Assembly (NCBI RefSeq): GCF_009914755.1
Contig: NC_060945.1
DNA length: 64,000 nucleotides
DNA from: the human T2T-CHM13v2.0 reference genome, Homo sapiens
Direction: 5' to 3' (one strand)
The notes beneath the pieces are model-generated. The model saw only the letters and a list, made by a program, of their open reading frames with translations, made no database searches and had not been told where the DNA came from. Below are positions 1 to 15,352 of the stretch, in pieces; the first letter of the stretch is position 1, and every line of letters begins with the position of its first letter. The translations under genes were made by a program, and so were the position numbers.

Positions 1-377
<377 letters not shown>

Positions 378-1217
378 CTAATGAAGCCAAGGGAGGCGGG
401 AGCAGGGAGAGAAAGGAAATGGGTTAAAGATTATCTCATGCACTTATTTCTGTCACCGAAACCAAGTTTTTCATAGGTGGTTGGTGTGGCAATTAGCATG
501 TTCTCAAAAATAGTTTCTGAGACTTCACTGGGTGGGAGAGTAACTGCTTTCCTGGGAAGGTGGGATCTGAAGGGATGACAGCCGGACGCTGGCCTCAGGG
601 AAGGGTTCCAGCCACCTGCCGGAAGTTCTGCTTATGTCCACCCTTGAGCACTGCTGCTGCATTGGCATCTCCTGTCCTTCCTGGTTCATCAGTAACCAGG
701 AATAACAGTTGTTAAATCAACATGTATTATTCATGCCTTGGACTGACAGTGCTAAGGTGTGTGCCAGCTGTGACTTAGAATATAGCCCTGGGCGGTTGTC
801 AGGATGAGGGGTTTTCTGAAGTAGGCAACTTCCCCACCCACGTGCTCGGGCAGGGAGAGGTTTAGTCCCCTCGGCAAGTCAGATGCTGCCTTCAGAATTC
901 CAGAGCTGGATGTGACCTAGAGATTGTCAGCTGATGCCGGGGCAGGAATTTCCAAGGTCACAGCTCCTCAGGAGCTGCGGCAGGAGCACGGGCCAGCATC
1001 CCTCCTCTCCAGCACGGACCTCCGCTCCCAACACGCTCCCCATTCACTATGCCTGCTTGTGACTGGTGAGGGCTGTCCGAGGGTGACTTTATTATAAAAC
1101 AGAGGCTGCTACCTGGCTTTCAGGGATATGGGAATGCTGAGCCCTTTCAAAGGCTTTTAAAGAATTCTTAGCATACCAAAATCCAGGATACTTTTTCGGG
1201 ACAAGGACCCAGCATCA

Positions 1218-1736
<519 letters not shown>

Positions 1737-2033
1737 TCAGCGAGACCGGGCATTAGCAGCGAGCATTAGGAGGTCCCAGCCCTGGCTGCGCCCATCCAGT
1801 GGGCGACCTGGGGCTCAGCTTCTTTTTTGGTTCTGAAGGGAGAAAAGGGAAGCGTCTCTGCTGATGACAAGTCACTTCAGCGTCCCAAACCAGCAAAGAA
1901 TCAGTAGGCAAAACCTGCTTCTTCTTCTGCAGAGAGCTGAGCCTCAGTTAAGCAGTGCAGGCTGCAGGCAGGAAAAGCGGGTCTGCAGGGTGTTGCCCAT
2001 GAGACCCTGGGACATTGTCAAGAAATCCCCATC

Positions 2034-2358
2034 GGGGCTCGGCGGCTCACGCCTGTAATCCCAGCACTTTGGGAGGCTAAGGCGGGTGGATCGCTTAAGG
2101 TCAGGAGTTTGAGACCAGCCTGGCCAACATGGTGAAAACCTGCCTCTACTAAAAATACAAAAATTAGCTGATCGATGGTTGTGTGCACCTGTCATCCCAG
2201 CTACTCAGGAGGCTGAGGCAGGAGAATCGCTTGAACCGGGAGGCGGAGGTTTCAGTGAGACTGGATCATGCCATTGCACTCCAGCCTGGGCAACAGAGCA
2301 AGACTCTGTCTTGAAAAATAAATAAAATAAAATGAAATAAAATAAATCAATAAATAAA
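2034..2358 (+). mobile_element. AluS with (AAAAT)n tail
   Basis: Alu dimer consensus. Confidence 0.92.
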
Positions 2359-2586
2359 TCCTCTACTAGATGTAAATCACTTGGTAAGTAAATAATTAAT
2401 AACTGATGCTTCCACTGGGAGTCTAAACCATCATCTTGCTAATTTAAAAACATATACTGGGTTTAAATACTTTGGCATTGTAGGAGGTAATTGGTTCTGT
2501 CCTGGTGAATGAACAAACAAAAATAAATAATAACAAAACAACGTGGTGCCTCACAGGACACGGAGTGGACTGAAGGTGTGTCCAGG

Positions 2587-2972
2587 TGATAGGGTTTGGA
2601 TTTGTGTCCCCACCCAAATCTCATGTCGAATGGCAGTCCCCAGTGTTGGAGGAAGGGCCTGGTGGGAAGCAAATGAATCACGGGGGTGGACCTCCCCCTT
2701 GCTCTTCTTGTGATAGTGAGTGAGTTCTCACGAGATCTGGTTGTTTAAAAGTGTGCAGCACCTGCCTGCTCCCCTCTCTCTCTTCCTCCTTCTCCGGCCG
2801 TGTCATGCCTGCTTCCCCTTTGCCTTCTGCCGTGATTGTAAGTTTCCTAAGGCCTCCCCAGCCACGCTTCCTGTACAGCTTGTGAGAGCCAATGAAACCT
2901 CTTTTCTTTATAAATTAACCAGTCTCAGGTAGTTCTTTGACTCAGGTTGCATTGCGAGAACGGACTGATACA
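2587..2972 (+). mobile_element. MaLR solo LTR (MSTA/MSTB-like)
   Basis: tgatagggtttggatttgtgtccccacccaaatctcatg...ggactgataca termini; internal gattgtaagtttcct. Confidence 0.85.
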
Positions 2973-4750
2973 CCGAGTATTTTTCTGCTGCTGTTTTTCT
3001 GCTGCTGCTTTGGGTGACTATTTGTTCACAGCCCAGAATTTGCCACACGCACTATGCACGATGCTGGCTTTGCACAAAGCCTCTCTTCCCTCCACTCAGC
3101 AAGCACTCACTCTGTCCAGGGGCTAGGGACGCCATCACAGTCCCTGCTGGCCAGAGAAGGACCGGGGCCGGCTGTCCTATGCTCACTGCCCTGGGGGAGG
3201 TGCTGGCAACAAGGCCAAGGTGGCCACCCTGATAGGCACAGCCAGAGGGGGTGCCAGCGGACCCACCCTGCACCCTGAGCACACCGATGGCACCAGCTGA
3301 CTGAGCCTGAGCATGGTTTGAACACTGACACATTTCCTAGTTTATTCCCAACAACCTAATGTGGCAGTGACTGTTACCATCCCCTTTTTACACATGGGGA
3401 AACGAGAGGAGCAGAGGATGAAAGTTCTGTGCCTGGCCTGGCTAGTGTTCTCCTTGCTGTCATTTCCCCTTTAAGAAACACTACCTGCTTCAATGACATA
3501 GGACTGAAGTTAGTGTAAGGGCTGAGGGATGGTGTGAGCAACAGATTCTCCTTCCCACAGAGATCTCAGAACAATGGCCTTGCCCCTTTTGCAGTGGTTT
3601 GGGCAGCCAGGGCAACCAACTGCCCTGCTTTGCTAGGGACTGAGGGGTTGCCCAGGACAGGGACCTTCAGGGCTGAAACTAAGACAGTCCCAAGGAAACC
3701 AGGACCAGAGGCTCCTCCAGGTGCCCAGATCTCCGAATGGCCTCTGAGATCTCTTCCTGCCCTGCTTTGAGGCTGCCTCAAGGCTGACGGCCACACAGGG
3801 TGTCCCTGGTCCAAGCATAATGGGGCTTCTTGCAGCTCTCACTGTCAAGGTCAATAATTAAGTATACAGACCCTAAAGAATGTGGCATAAAAGCCAAGCC
3901 CATTAGGCTAGGCAAGTGGACCAGAGGTTTATTGGAGGTCTAAATATTTATGGAGAGCAATGATGGCTAATTTTAGAAACCATTAGGTTGCTATTTTTAA
4001 ACGTGTGCTATAAGGATTTGCTAATTTAAGAAGTGAGTGTTAATGAGCCCCCAACTCCCAGACACAAGCTCCCCAACCTGCTTTCCTTCTTCCTTACCAG
4101 CAGCTGCTACTGGCATTAGGTAATAATTCAACTTCCCCGCAACTACTTTTCACTTTGGGGCCTTTCAAGGGAAAAACAACTTTAACTGAACGCATCTCCC
4201 TGGAAGCCACATAAAATTCCTCCGTGATGCTCCGGAAGCGCCCTGCCCTGCAGGGCTGTTTGTATAGGAAGGAACTAGCCCAAGCCTGGCCTCCCAGGGG
4301 GAGCAGCCCATGCAGGGCTGAACTGGTGTTCACCTGTGGGCTACCATTTTCCTGCAGCCACGTGTGTGCATGTGGGAAGATTTGCTAGAGAGATACGGAT
4401 CCAAAACAAATAGGGTTCCAAGCATCAAGCTCTAGAAAGCCCTCGACAGGCTGAGTAGTGGTGGGAAGGCAGAATCTAACAAGATGTGTTAGAGGATCAG
4501 TACTGGGTCCTGCATTTGGGTTCACAAAACCCCAAAAGTACAATCCTGGGTGGGGAGTATGTGGCTTAGCTGCACCTGAGAGCAGGATTTAGGGCTGAGT
4601 TTCCCAACGACAGCATCTTGGAATGCTGCATTTGCAGGATGTCTTGTGTGGAGGACACAAATGTCAAATATGTTTAAGAAAACCTGCGTGACTGTAGGAC
4701 TTCTCATAGCTGGAAACGTGTCAATGTGCATCGTGACTCTCCCAGGAAAT

Positions 4751-4882
4751 GTCTCATGGGCAGCATCCGCTAAACTTATTTGACTAGAGACACCCCCCTG
4801 CACCCCCTTTACCAAAGAACAATTTGCAATGAAATCACTTTGGCACAATAACTTGGACTTGGCAATGGTGAGATAGAGTGGG
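4751..4882 (+). repeat. Left arm of ~130-bp local inverted repeat (partner 6135-6261)
   Basis: Reverse complement aligns to 6135-6261, including a 28-bp perfect stretch taaacttatttgactagagacacccccc. Confidence 0.9.
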
Positions 4883-4886
4883 TTGC

Positions 4887-5263
4887 TGTATTAGTTTGTT
4901 CTCATGCTGCTATGAAGAACTGCCCGAGACGGGTAATTTATAAAGGAAAGAGGTTTAATTGACTCACAGTTCCGCAGGACTGGGGAGGCCTCAGGAAACT
5001 TACAATCCTGGCAGAAGGTGAAGCAAACACATCCTCTTTACATGGCAGCAGGAAGGAGAAGAATGAGGGCTGAGCCGAGGGTGAGGCCCCTTATAAAACC
5101 ATCAGATCTCATGAGAACTTACTCACTATCATGAGAATAGCATGGTGGAAACCACCGACATGATTCAATTACCTCCCACTGAGTCCCTCCCCACGACACG
5201 TGGGGATTATGGGAACTACAATTCAAGATGAGATTTGGATGGGGACACAGACAAACCATATCA
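4887..5263 (-). mobile_element. THE1 (C/D-like) LTR, 3' LTR, sense to CLDN14
   Basis: Minus strand TGATATGGTTTGTCTGTGTCCCCATCCAAATCTCATCTTGAATTGTAG...CTAATACA. Confidence 0.92.
4968..5065 (-). promoter_or_regulatory. CLDN14: Candidate LTR-derived alternative first exon of CLDN14 (donors GGAACT|GTGAGT at 4968, GATT|GTAAGT at 5004)
   Basis: TATA-like TTTTATAA at 5091-5098, two consensus donors, same strand as the acceptor at 377. The TSS position is inferred. Confidence 0.55.
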
Positions 5264-5579
5264 TTCTGCCCTGGCCCCTCTCAAATCTCATGTCCTCACA
5301 TTTCAAAACACAATCATGTCCTTCCAACAGTCCCCCAAGGACTTAACTCATTCCAGCATTAACTCAAAAGTCCAAGTCCAAAGTCTCGTTTGAGACAAGG
5401 CAAGTCCCTTCTGCCTATGAATCTACAACATCAAAAGCAAATTAGTTACTTCCTAGATAGAATGGGGGTACAGGCATTAGGTAAATACCCCTATTCCAAA
5501 TGAGAGAAATTGACCAAAACAAAGAGGCTACAGGCCCCATGCAAGTTCGAAATCCAATAGGGCAGTCATTAAACCTTAG
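5264..5579 (-). mobile_element. THE1-int 3' fragment (5' LTR and most of the internal region missing)
   Basis: Purine-rich PPT (ggggccagggcagaa) abuts the LTR; typical THE1/MST-int sequence that stops abruptly near 5579. Confidence 0.82.
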
Positions 5580-6134
5580 AGTTTTGGTCGACTTCATCCC
5601 CAGCAGAGAGAGTATCAGAAAACGACAGAGCGGTAAAGAATTTTGAAAATCTGTGAAAGGCAATTGTGAAATGCTAGAGCTGCTATAGGCCCTTCCAACT
5701 GGCTCTGGTTTCAGGATCACCAGCTCTGAAGGGAGGGGGTTTTTCTGTGTGTGTCCATATAAACTTTTATGTTGTCTCCCTCTGTTTTCTCTGAGCTATG
5801 TTTTTCTTTAAAAAAGCAGGGTTCTGGAGCACACAGTAGGGTGCCCTCATTTTGCTCACCTCCTGGCCCACCTGGACCCCAGCTGCGTCAACTTTGGCTC
5901 CAAATTAATCATCATTTCAACAGCAGTGGCCATGGGGATCGCCTGGCCAGGACTGAGGGGTGGACGTGTTGTTTACCAGCCTGCGTCTTGACTGCCTGGG
6001 GTCCCTCCCTGGGCATGTCTGTTTCATCCTTCACTTTGTCCTATCTTCAGAAGTCCTTTCTCTAGTTCTTCAGGGTGTGTGCTGGGGCCTCTGTCAGTCC
6101 AGGCTTCTTGGAGGGGTGCGGGGGTGGGACGAGG

Positions 6135-6261
6135 CCACCCTATCTCACCATTGGTCCAAGTGACTGTGCCAAAGTGATTTTACTGCAAGTTCTTCTTTGG
6201 TAAAGGCGGTGGTGGGGGGTGTCTCTAGTCAAATAAGTTTAATGGATGCTGCATATGAGAC
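6135..6261 (-). repeat. Right arm of the inverted repeat, flanked by ~30-bp direct repeats (6099-6129, 6261-6291)
   Basis: ccaggcttcttggaggggtgc(g/a)ggg(g/a)tggga on both sides. Confidence 0.88.
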
Positions 6262-6895
6262 CAGGCTTCTTGGAGGGGTGCAGGGATGGGATGGGTGGGG
6301 TGTTTGAGTCCCTTACTCTCCTTAACCCTCAGCAGTCTCACCTGCTACTGTCACCTCATCCCTTGCAAAATCAGCCCCTGTGATGAAAGCTTTCCTATGG
6401 ACACACATTGCTCCGTGGCCCTTGTCTACCCACCTTGGTGAAAGAAATGTCAGCCCCAGATGGGAGGGGTGGAGGACATCAGCGGGGAGCTGGGGCACAA
6501 GCCAGGTGTGTGGTGGAAGTTTCTTTACCCAGAACTGCCCTGAGCCCTACTGTGCAGGTAGAGAATTGGAGGATGTGGCCACCAGTGCCTTTTGCCTGCC
6601 ATGTGGTCTGAATGGCTCTCGAGATGTTTGGGAACGAGCCATTATATATGTTTGCCCTCAAATGCTCTGACATGATGTTGGGTCCATTATAGAAACAGCG
6701 TAAAACTTGATTTGCTTTCTGTAAACTTATTAGAGAAAAATGAAGTGCCACCTTCAAATGAACATAGTCATTGGCCCTTCAACGTTGATGTTCAGCCACT
6801 TCAGAAAATGTCTGGTTCAAAAACCTGAATGTCCTCACTGTCACCCCAACCAAATGGCCTCTTCATTACTGTTTAGCTATTTCATAAATGCTTTA

Positions 6896-7184
6896 GGCTG
6901 GAGATGGTGGCTCACACTTGTAATCCCAGCATTTTGGGAGGCTGAGGTGGGCAGATCACCTGAGGTCGGGAGTTTGAGACCAGCCTGGCCAACATGATGA
7001 AACCCCGTCTCTACTAAAAATACAAAAATTAGCCGGGTGTGGTGATGCATGCCTGTAATCCCAGCTACTTGGAGGCTGAGGGAGGAGAATCGCTTGAAGG
7101 TTGCAGTGAGCTAAGATTGCACCACTGTACTCTAGCCTGGGTGACAGAGTGAGACTCTGTCTCAAACAAAAGAAAATAAACAAA
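6896..7184 (+). mobile_element. AluS
   Basis: Alu consensus with a small right-arm deletion. Confidence 0.92.
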
Positions 7185-7259
7185 ATCATAAATGCTTGAA
7201 TTTAGGAACTAAAAATAAACTCAGGGGAGATTTGGATTCATTTAGATAAGACATATTAG

Positions 7260-7742
<483 letters not shown>

Positions 7743-8767
7743 TAGGGATACTTTAGAGGGGCTATTTTTAGCACATCTTCTTACAGAAATATGTAAGAAT
7801 GATGAGAAAGCGATCAAGCAATACCTTGGAAAAACCACTTCATATTCATTTCACATGGGCTATACTGTGGGGTGTTGGCTCTAAAAATAATATTTTCTTC
7901 ATTACTATTCCAAACTTTCTGTAACTTTCCTTGGGTTATTTTTCAGACTGGCAGGCATCTAGATTTTAAATGTGTGAGGACTTTCTATACCATCCGCATA
8001 GAGTCTTTGATGCACTCTTTCCATGAGAGGCAGAGACGGGATACTTACGTGACTACGACTTATTACTATCATGATAGTTACTGCTTGCTATTGTTATTTA
8101 GGAAAACCAATGTGAAGTATCTTACTCAAAATCACACGGAAATGACACGTTCCATGAATTCCTCCTGTCTCTTTTGGATGAAGAAATAAAAATCTATTTT
8201 TTTATAACAAGAACTGATTCGAAGAAAAGTTTATGTGAATACAAATGAAAACCATGGATGCAGTTAAATGCTAACAGAGGCTATTTTCAACTCAGTAAGA
8301 TTGAATGACCTATTGATTTACCGAAAACTACAAACTTAAGTCACCATGACCACAAAAATTAAAACCCTTTCTGGAGGCATTATCTCTCTCATTTCAACTC
8401 ACCAAATTTCATTAGAATTCATTTAAAATGCAGTAGATCAACATTTAGAAATGAAATGAGTTTCATTTACTTAAATACATGAGTGCCTTTTCAGAGCGAT
8501 TTTTCCCGACAAGACAGTCAGGCAGGTTTGCTATGTTGCTGTTTTTGTTGTTGTTGTTTTTCATTTTTCAAGGTGCAGGTCATTAAAAACTTGTCATCTG
8601 AGATTAAAAAAAATACTAGAAAAGTAAAACAAAACAAAAACAAAAACAACAACAAAAAAACAATACCCCAAAAAACCCAGGTGGACATACAAACATTTCC
8701 TCAAGCCTTAGCTGATTGTTGGATGACTTATGGTTAAGTGTTCTGTGGGAACACTTTATCTAGGGGA

Positions 8768-9944
<1,177 letters not shown>

Positions 9945-11026
9945 TCAAGTGCAAACACAATCTATAGTAAGTAAGCCATATAGTAATCAAATGACTCAGC
10001 TTCTCCAGGCTTAAAAAGTGTGTGAATTCACTTAGCTCACAGAGAGTTTGGGGGGGCTCATGTCTCCAGCTTGTGTGCAATTGGCTGGGGTATAATTGGT
10101 GACTGACCTTTTCAGGCTGGGTGTCTGGTTTTCTTAAGTCAACATGTCTTGATTTCATAGAGCATAAAAGCCCCAAATTTGGGGCAGAGTCCAGATTTGA
10201 ATAAGGTGACTCAGAAGCCTGCTGAAGCTTTACCTTGGAAATCCAGCAGAGCCCACTAGGCTCCGCCTTTAGTCAGGACTTACAGCAAAATAGAAAAAGA
10301 AAGCAAACCCCAAACAAGCAATAGGACATTGTCACACCTGGCTGAAAACCTTCATGAATTAGACAACTATTCTGTGAATTTCGTAAGCCTCTGAAAATTA
10401 TTTACTTGAGAATTGAACTGGGGATAAACTGCAGTGGTTAAAATGTGTCAAATGAAAACATAAGGCTAAGATTTTCTAATGGTAAGGAAAATACTATTAA
10501 ACATGAGGTTTAAAACTCATTCTCTGTAAATTTAGCCTTTGAAGCCCAGGTGCTCCAAAGCAGTTAGTTGTTAATGATAAGAGTAAAAACAGTCATAGTT
10601 AAAGTTCCAGAGTGTTTATGATATGCCAAACATGTGCTAAGTGCTTCTGTGGGCATGCAATGAACTCTTAAACAAATCGCAATGCGCATTTTGCCATCTT
10701 TATTTACAGATAGGGAAACTGAAGTGTAGAAAGGTTACATAACTTGTCCAAGGTTACGTCTGGGCTGAATTAGGGAGACCAAACAGGAGGTTCTTGTGAT
10801 CTTTCAGGTAAGAGATGCCAGGAGGCCGAGCCAAGGTGGTGGAAATAAAGGTGGGTGCCAGGAAGAGGTCAGTTTCTATATTCAGGTGAGGCTAGCGGGA
10901 TGTGCTGATGGTTTAGCTGCGGGGTGTGAGACACAGGTGCCTAAGGTTATTGTCTTGGGCAACTGGAGGAATGGAGTTGCCACTTATTGAGAGCTTGAAG
11001 AGGGTTGGAGATCTGGGTTTGGAGGA

Positions 11027-12117
11027 TGTGATGATCAATTTTTTGTGTCAACTTGGCTGGGCCATGGGGTGCCCAGATATATGATTGAACACTATTCTTC
11101 ATGTTTCTGTGAAGTTAGTCCTTGGACAAGGTTAACATTGAAAGCAGATTGCCCTCCATAGTGTGGGTGGGCCACACCCAGTCAGGTGAAGGCCAGACTG
11201 GAACCAGAAAAAACTGGTGTCTCCATCAGCTCAGGCTGCCACAACAAAATACCACAGACTTGCTGGATTAAGCCACAGAAATTAATTTTCTCACAATTCC
11301 GGAGGCTGGAAAGTCCAAGACCAAGGTTCTGGCTGCTTGGGTTCCTGGTGGAAATTCACCTGACGTCTTCTTTGCATGCAGGCAGAGGAAATCTTTCTCT
11401 CTTTCCCTTCTTTTTAGAGCACGAATCTCATTGTGAGGGCACCCACCCTCATGACCTCATTGAACCCTAATGACCTCCCAAATGTCCCGTCTCCAAATAC
11501 TATCACATCGGGGCTTAGGGCTCCAACATAGGAATTTTGGGAGAATGCAAATGTTTAGTCCATAACATGCAGCTTCACCTGAGCAAGAAACTCTCTCCAA
11601 CAGACTGTGTTTGACCTTTATTTCCAACATCAGCCCTTCTCAGCTCTATAGCAGGCTGCCTTCCAACTGAAACTGCAGTGTCCGTGATCCTGGGTCTCCA
11701 AACTGCTAGCCCACCCTGCAGAATTTCATTTTATAGATGGGCTCTTGCTATATTGCCCAGGCTGGTCTTGATCTCTCAGGCTCAAGTGATCCTCCCACCT
11801 CAGCTTCCTGAGTAGCTGGGACTACAGGCATGTGCCATCACACTTGGCTAATTTCTAAAAATGTTTTATAGAGATGGAGGTCCCACTATGTTGCCCAGCC
11901 TGGTCTTGAACTCCTGGGCTTAAGCAATCCTCCAACCTTGGCCTCCCAAGGCTGTTGGAATTACAGGTGTGAGCCACTGTGCCTGGCCCACCCTGCAGAT
12001 TTTGGACTTGCCAGCCTTGAGAATCATGCAAGCCAATTCCTTAGAATAAATAGATCTCTTTCTATATAAATGCATATTCGATTGGCTCTGTTTCTCTGGA
12101 GAACTCTGACTGATACA
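11027..12117 (+). mobile_element. MLT2 (ERVL) LTR with nested MLT1 (~11217-11566, minus) and AluJ (~11728-11989, minus), inserted in L2-like sequence
   Basis: tgtgatgatcaattttttgtgtcaacttggctgggcc...ctggagaactctgactgataca termini. Confidence 0.75.
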
Positions 12118-13969
12118 GAGGATGAAGGGCAGAAGAGAGGAATTTTCTTTTGGACTTGTTCAGTTTGAGATGTCTGTGCCTACCCACCTGGGGATAACCA
12201 TGGTTGCATATGTAAGTGCAGGGTTCAGGGAGGGACTGAACTGGAGAAGTCTGTTTGTGTCACCACCGCATGGAGATGGGATTAAAATATGGGATGGAGT
12301 CTCTTAGGAGGGAACGTTAGATAGAGAGGAGCAGGGGCTCCAGGGCTGATTCTAGGAACCCTCCAACATCAGGGGAGGGATGAGGATAGAGGTAGGAAGA
12401 GGAGCCAGCCACGGGCTGTAGGAATGGGCGATAGTGAACGGTCAACCCAGAGGAGACTGGTGAGGGAGGACAGAGCTCCATGTTGGAGAGAGCAATCTAC
12501 TCTGTCAAGTCAAGTAATCTGATAAATCAAGTCATCTGAGCACTGAGAAGTGGTCACTGGATTAGCAACATGAAGGAAATTGGAGACCTTGATAAGCTCA
12601 GTTTCGGCGGAGTTGATTGGAGTGGGTTCAAGAGAGAATAGGGACAGAGGGACAGGAGGGAATGAGCCCAGAGAATTCTTTCAGGAACTTGGACCCTCCA
12701 GGGGAATCAGGAAATGAGGCAACAGTTTTAGGATGGGTTCCAGGGCCCATAGACCTCAGGATATCTGTCAACTCAGCCAGGAAAAAAAGTGACATCTTCT
12801 ATTTCATCTACCTCTCACTGACAATTAGCATTTCCTTCAATCCTGAATGTAGGCAGCCACCTACAGCAATATGACCAGTGCCTGTGCCTTAATCAGCAAT
12901 AGAGACCATGATATTTTGCATCGCATTACAGGCGTTGCAGATACCTGCAAAGGACATTTATCACTCTAACAATTTCAAATGATACTTATAAGATGCTTGC
13001 TAGACCTCATGATGTAATGCATTAATAAGGAAGGTCGTCCATTACTAGGAACAGAATTGCACTAAAATATTTTGATAACTATGTTTTACTATAATTCACT
13101 TCCTTTATAATCCTGCATGTTATGTGTTATATTACACATTTAAAAGTATTGTGCTGAGAAGAATACATCAGCTTCGCCAGATTGCCAAAGGAATCCCAGG
13201 CAATCCCCATCCCGCCACCCAGAACAACACCGATAACAAAAAACTAAACCAAAAGAGTTAGAAACCTCTGCCAGTGGGATGTGTAGGCAAGAGAGGACCC
13301 TTGTTTTGCTGTTGTTTTGAAGATGAGAGGCATGGAAGCATGTTTGCATGCCTGAGGAAATGGTTCAGCGAGGAGGGAAACATCTGTAGGGGCAGTAGGG
13401 ATCCTGTGTGCACATGGAGAGACCAGCTCTGACCAGCATGCAGAGAACTCACTCCAGAACGGGAGGGGAGGCGGGAGCAGGAGGCTGGGGGAGATGTCAG
13501 TGGGCAATAACGCATGTTCTGAGTTTGCTCCAAGTTTCTCAGGGAAATAAGAAGCAACATGATGTCTTGAGACAGGAGATGGGGGAGGAGGTGCGGGAGG
13601 CTTGAGCACAGAGGAGGAGACCATGGTCATCCAGGAGAATGACCGCAGGCCTGGACCAAGTCAAGGGGTCAAGTGCTAGTCAGTGCCGGGTGCAGGTGGG
13701 GCAAGTGGTCCTGCGGGTACCATAGACTATCACGCCGGACAGCCTTTCCCAGCACCATCAACTGCACTGCGAGGGTCCCAAGTGGACAAAGGGCTGGACT
13801 GGACCTGGTGGGGATTTTCCTAGGGGAAAATGATGAAGGCAGACAGCCAAGGGAAATATGCGTGCACACAAAGGTGTGAACATCATGGCGGGCCGTGGCG
13901 TCAAAGCTGGGATGGAGGGACATTGAGGACAATAGAGAAGGTCTGTTCATCGTGGAGAAGTCACCTGGA

Positions 13970-14152
13970 TCAGTGGCTCTCCACCCTCCTGCTGTAGCCG
14001 CAGCCCTTGGAGAGCTTTAAAAAGATCCGGATGCCCTGGCTACCTCCAGAGATTCTGATTCGCTGACTGGGGTGGGGTCCATGCATGGGAATTTTCGAGC
14101 TCCTCTCCCCCACCCGGTGATTCTGATGTGCAGGCAGGTTTGAGAACCAATG
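13970..14152. mobile_element. MER5A-like hAT-Charlie MITE
   Basis: cagtggctctc...gattctgatgtgcaggcaggtttgagaacca. Confidence 0.7.
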
Positions 14153-14159
14153 GCTTATT

Positions 14160-14575
14160 TATTTCATTAAAAATTATTTTTCACTCTGTTGGCCAGGCTG
14201 GAGTGCAGTGGCACAATCACGGCTCCCTGCGGCCTTGACCTCCTGAGCTCAAGTGATCCTCCCGCCTCAGCCTTCCGAGTAGCTGGAACTTCAGGTGTGA
14301 GCCACTGCACCCAGCCCCGCTGGCTTCATTGATTTAACTTTTTTTATTTTATTTTATTTTATTTTTTTGAGACAGAGTCTTGCTCTGTCACCCAGGCTGG
14401 AGCACAGTAGGATTACAGGTGCACGCCACCACACCCAGCTAATTTTTGTATTTTTAGTAGAGACGGGGTTTCACTCCGTCTAGGCTGGTCTCAAACTCCC
14501 GACTTCAAATGATCTGCCCTCCTCGGCATCCCAAAGTGCTGGGATTACAGGCATGAGCCACCACCGTACCTGGCC
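14160..14575 (-). mobile_element. Alu monomer (~14160-14316) plus internally deleted Alu (~14339-14575)
   Basis: Reverse Alu consensus; the second copy lacks much of the right arm. Confidence 0.82.
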
Positions 14576-15055
14576 TGATGTAACTTTTAAAGGTCCTATT
14601 AGGAGCTTTAAAGAGTCCAAAACGGTTTAACAGAGAGTCATAGTTCAGATGTCTGTTCTGCTGGGCCTGCCTGCTGAGTGCAGGCTCTCTTTGGGATCTC
14701 CTGAGATGGAGACAGGTGTCTCTGGCCTGTCCCTGGAATATTGTCTCACCTACCCATAAGGCTAGGCTCTCCCACTCCCTTCGCTTGAAATCCTCTTCTC
14801 CAGCTACAATCTTACCTTCCCTCCTGTGGCCCTGCACCCTTGCCTTCTGCCATCTAGAAAAAGTGGTTGGGGGGGTGGTTCTTTATTTATCTTGCTGCCT
14901 TCTGGCTCTTACCTTCCCAGAGCCCCACGGAAGCCTGTTCTTACAACCTGGGTCCTCTTCCTGGGACCCCAGCCCACTGTGGGCACTGAGCCTCCCTCAT
15001 TGTTAATCTTGGCCAAGAAGTTACCCCACAGGCATTTATATTTTAATGGATGACT

Positions 15056-15352
15056 ATTTTTTTTTTTTTTTGAGTCAGAGTCTCACTTTGTCACCCAGGC
15101 CGGAGCGCGGTGGTGCGATCTCAGCTCACTGCAACCTCCGCCTCCCAGGTTCAAGTGATTCTCCTGCCTCAGCCTCCTGAGTAGCTGGGATTACAGGCGC
15201 CTGCTACCATGTCTGGCTAATTTTTGTATTTTTAGTAGAGACCAGGTTTCACCATGTTGGTCAGGCTGGTCTCGAACTCCTGACCTCATGATCCACCCGC
15301 CTTGGACTCCCAAAGTGCTGGGATTGTAGGCGTGAGCCACTGCCCTCGGCCC
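15056..15352 (-). mobile_element. AluS (Sg/Sc-like)
   Basis: Reverse Alu consensus. Confidence 0.92.
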
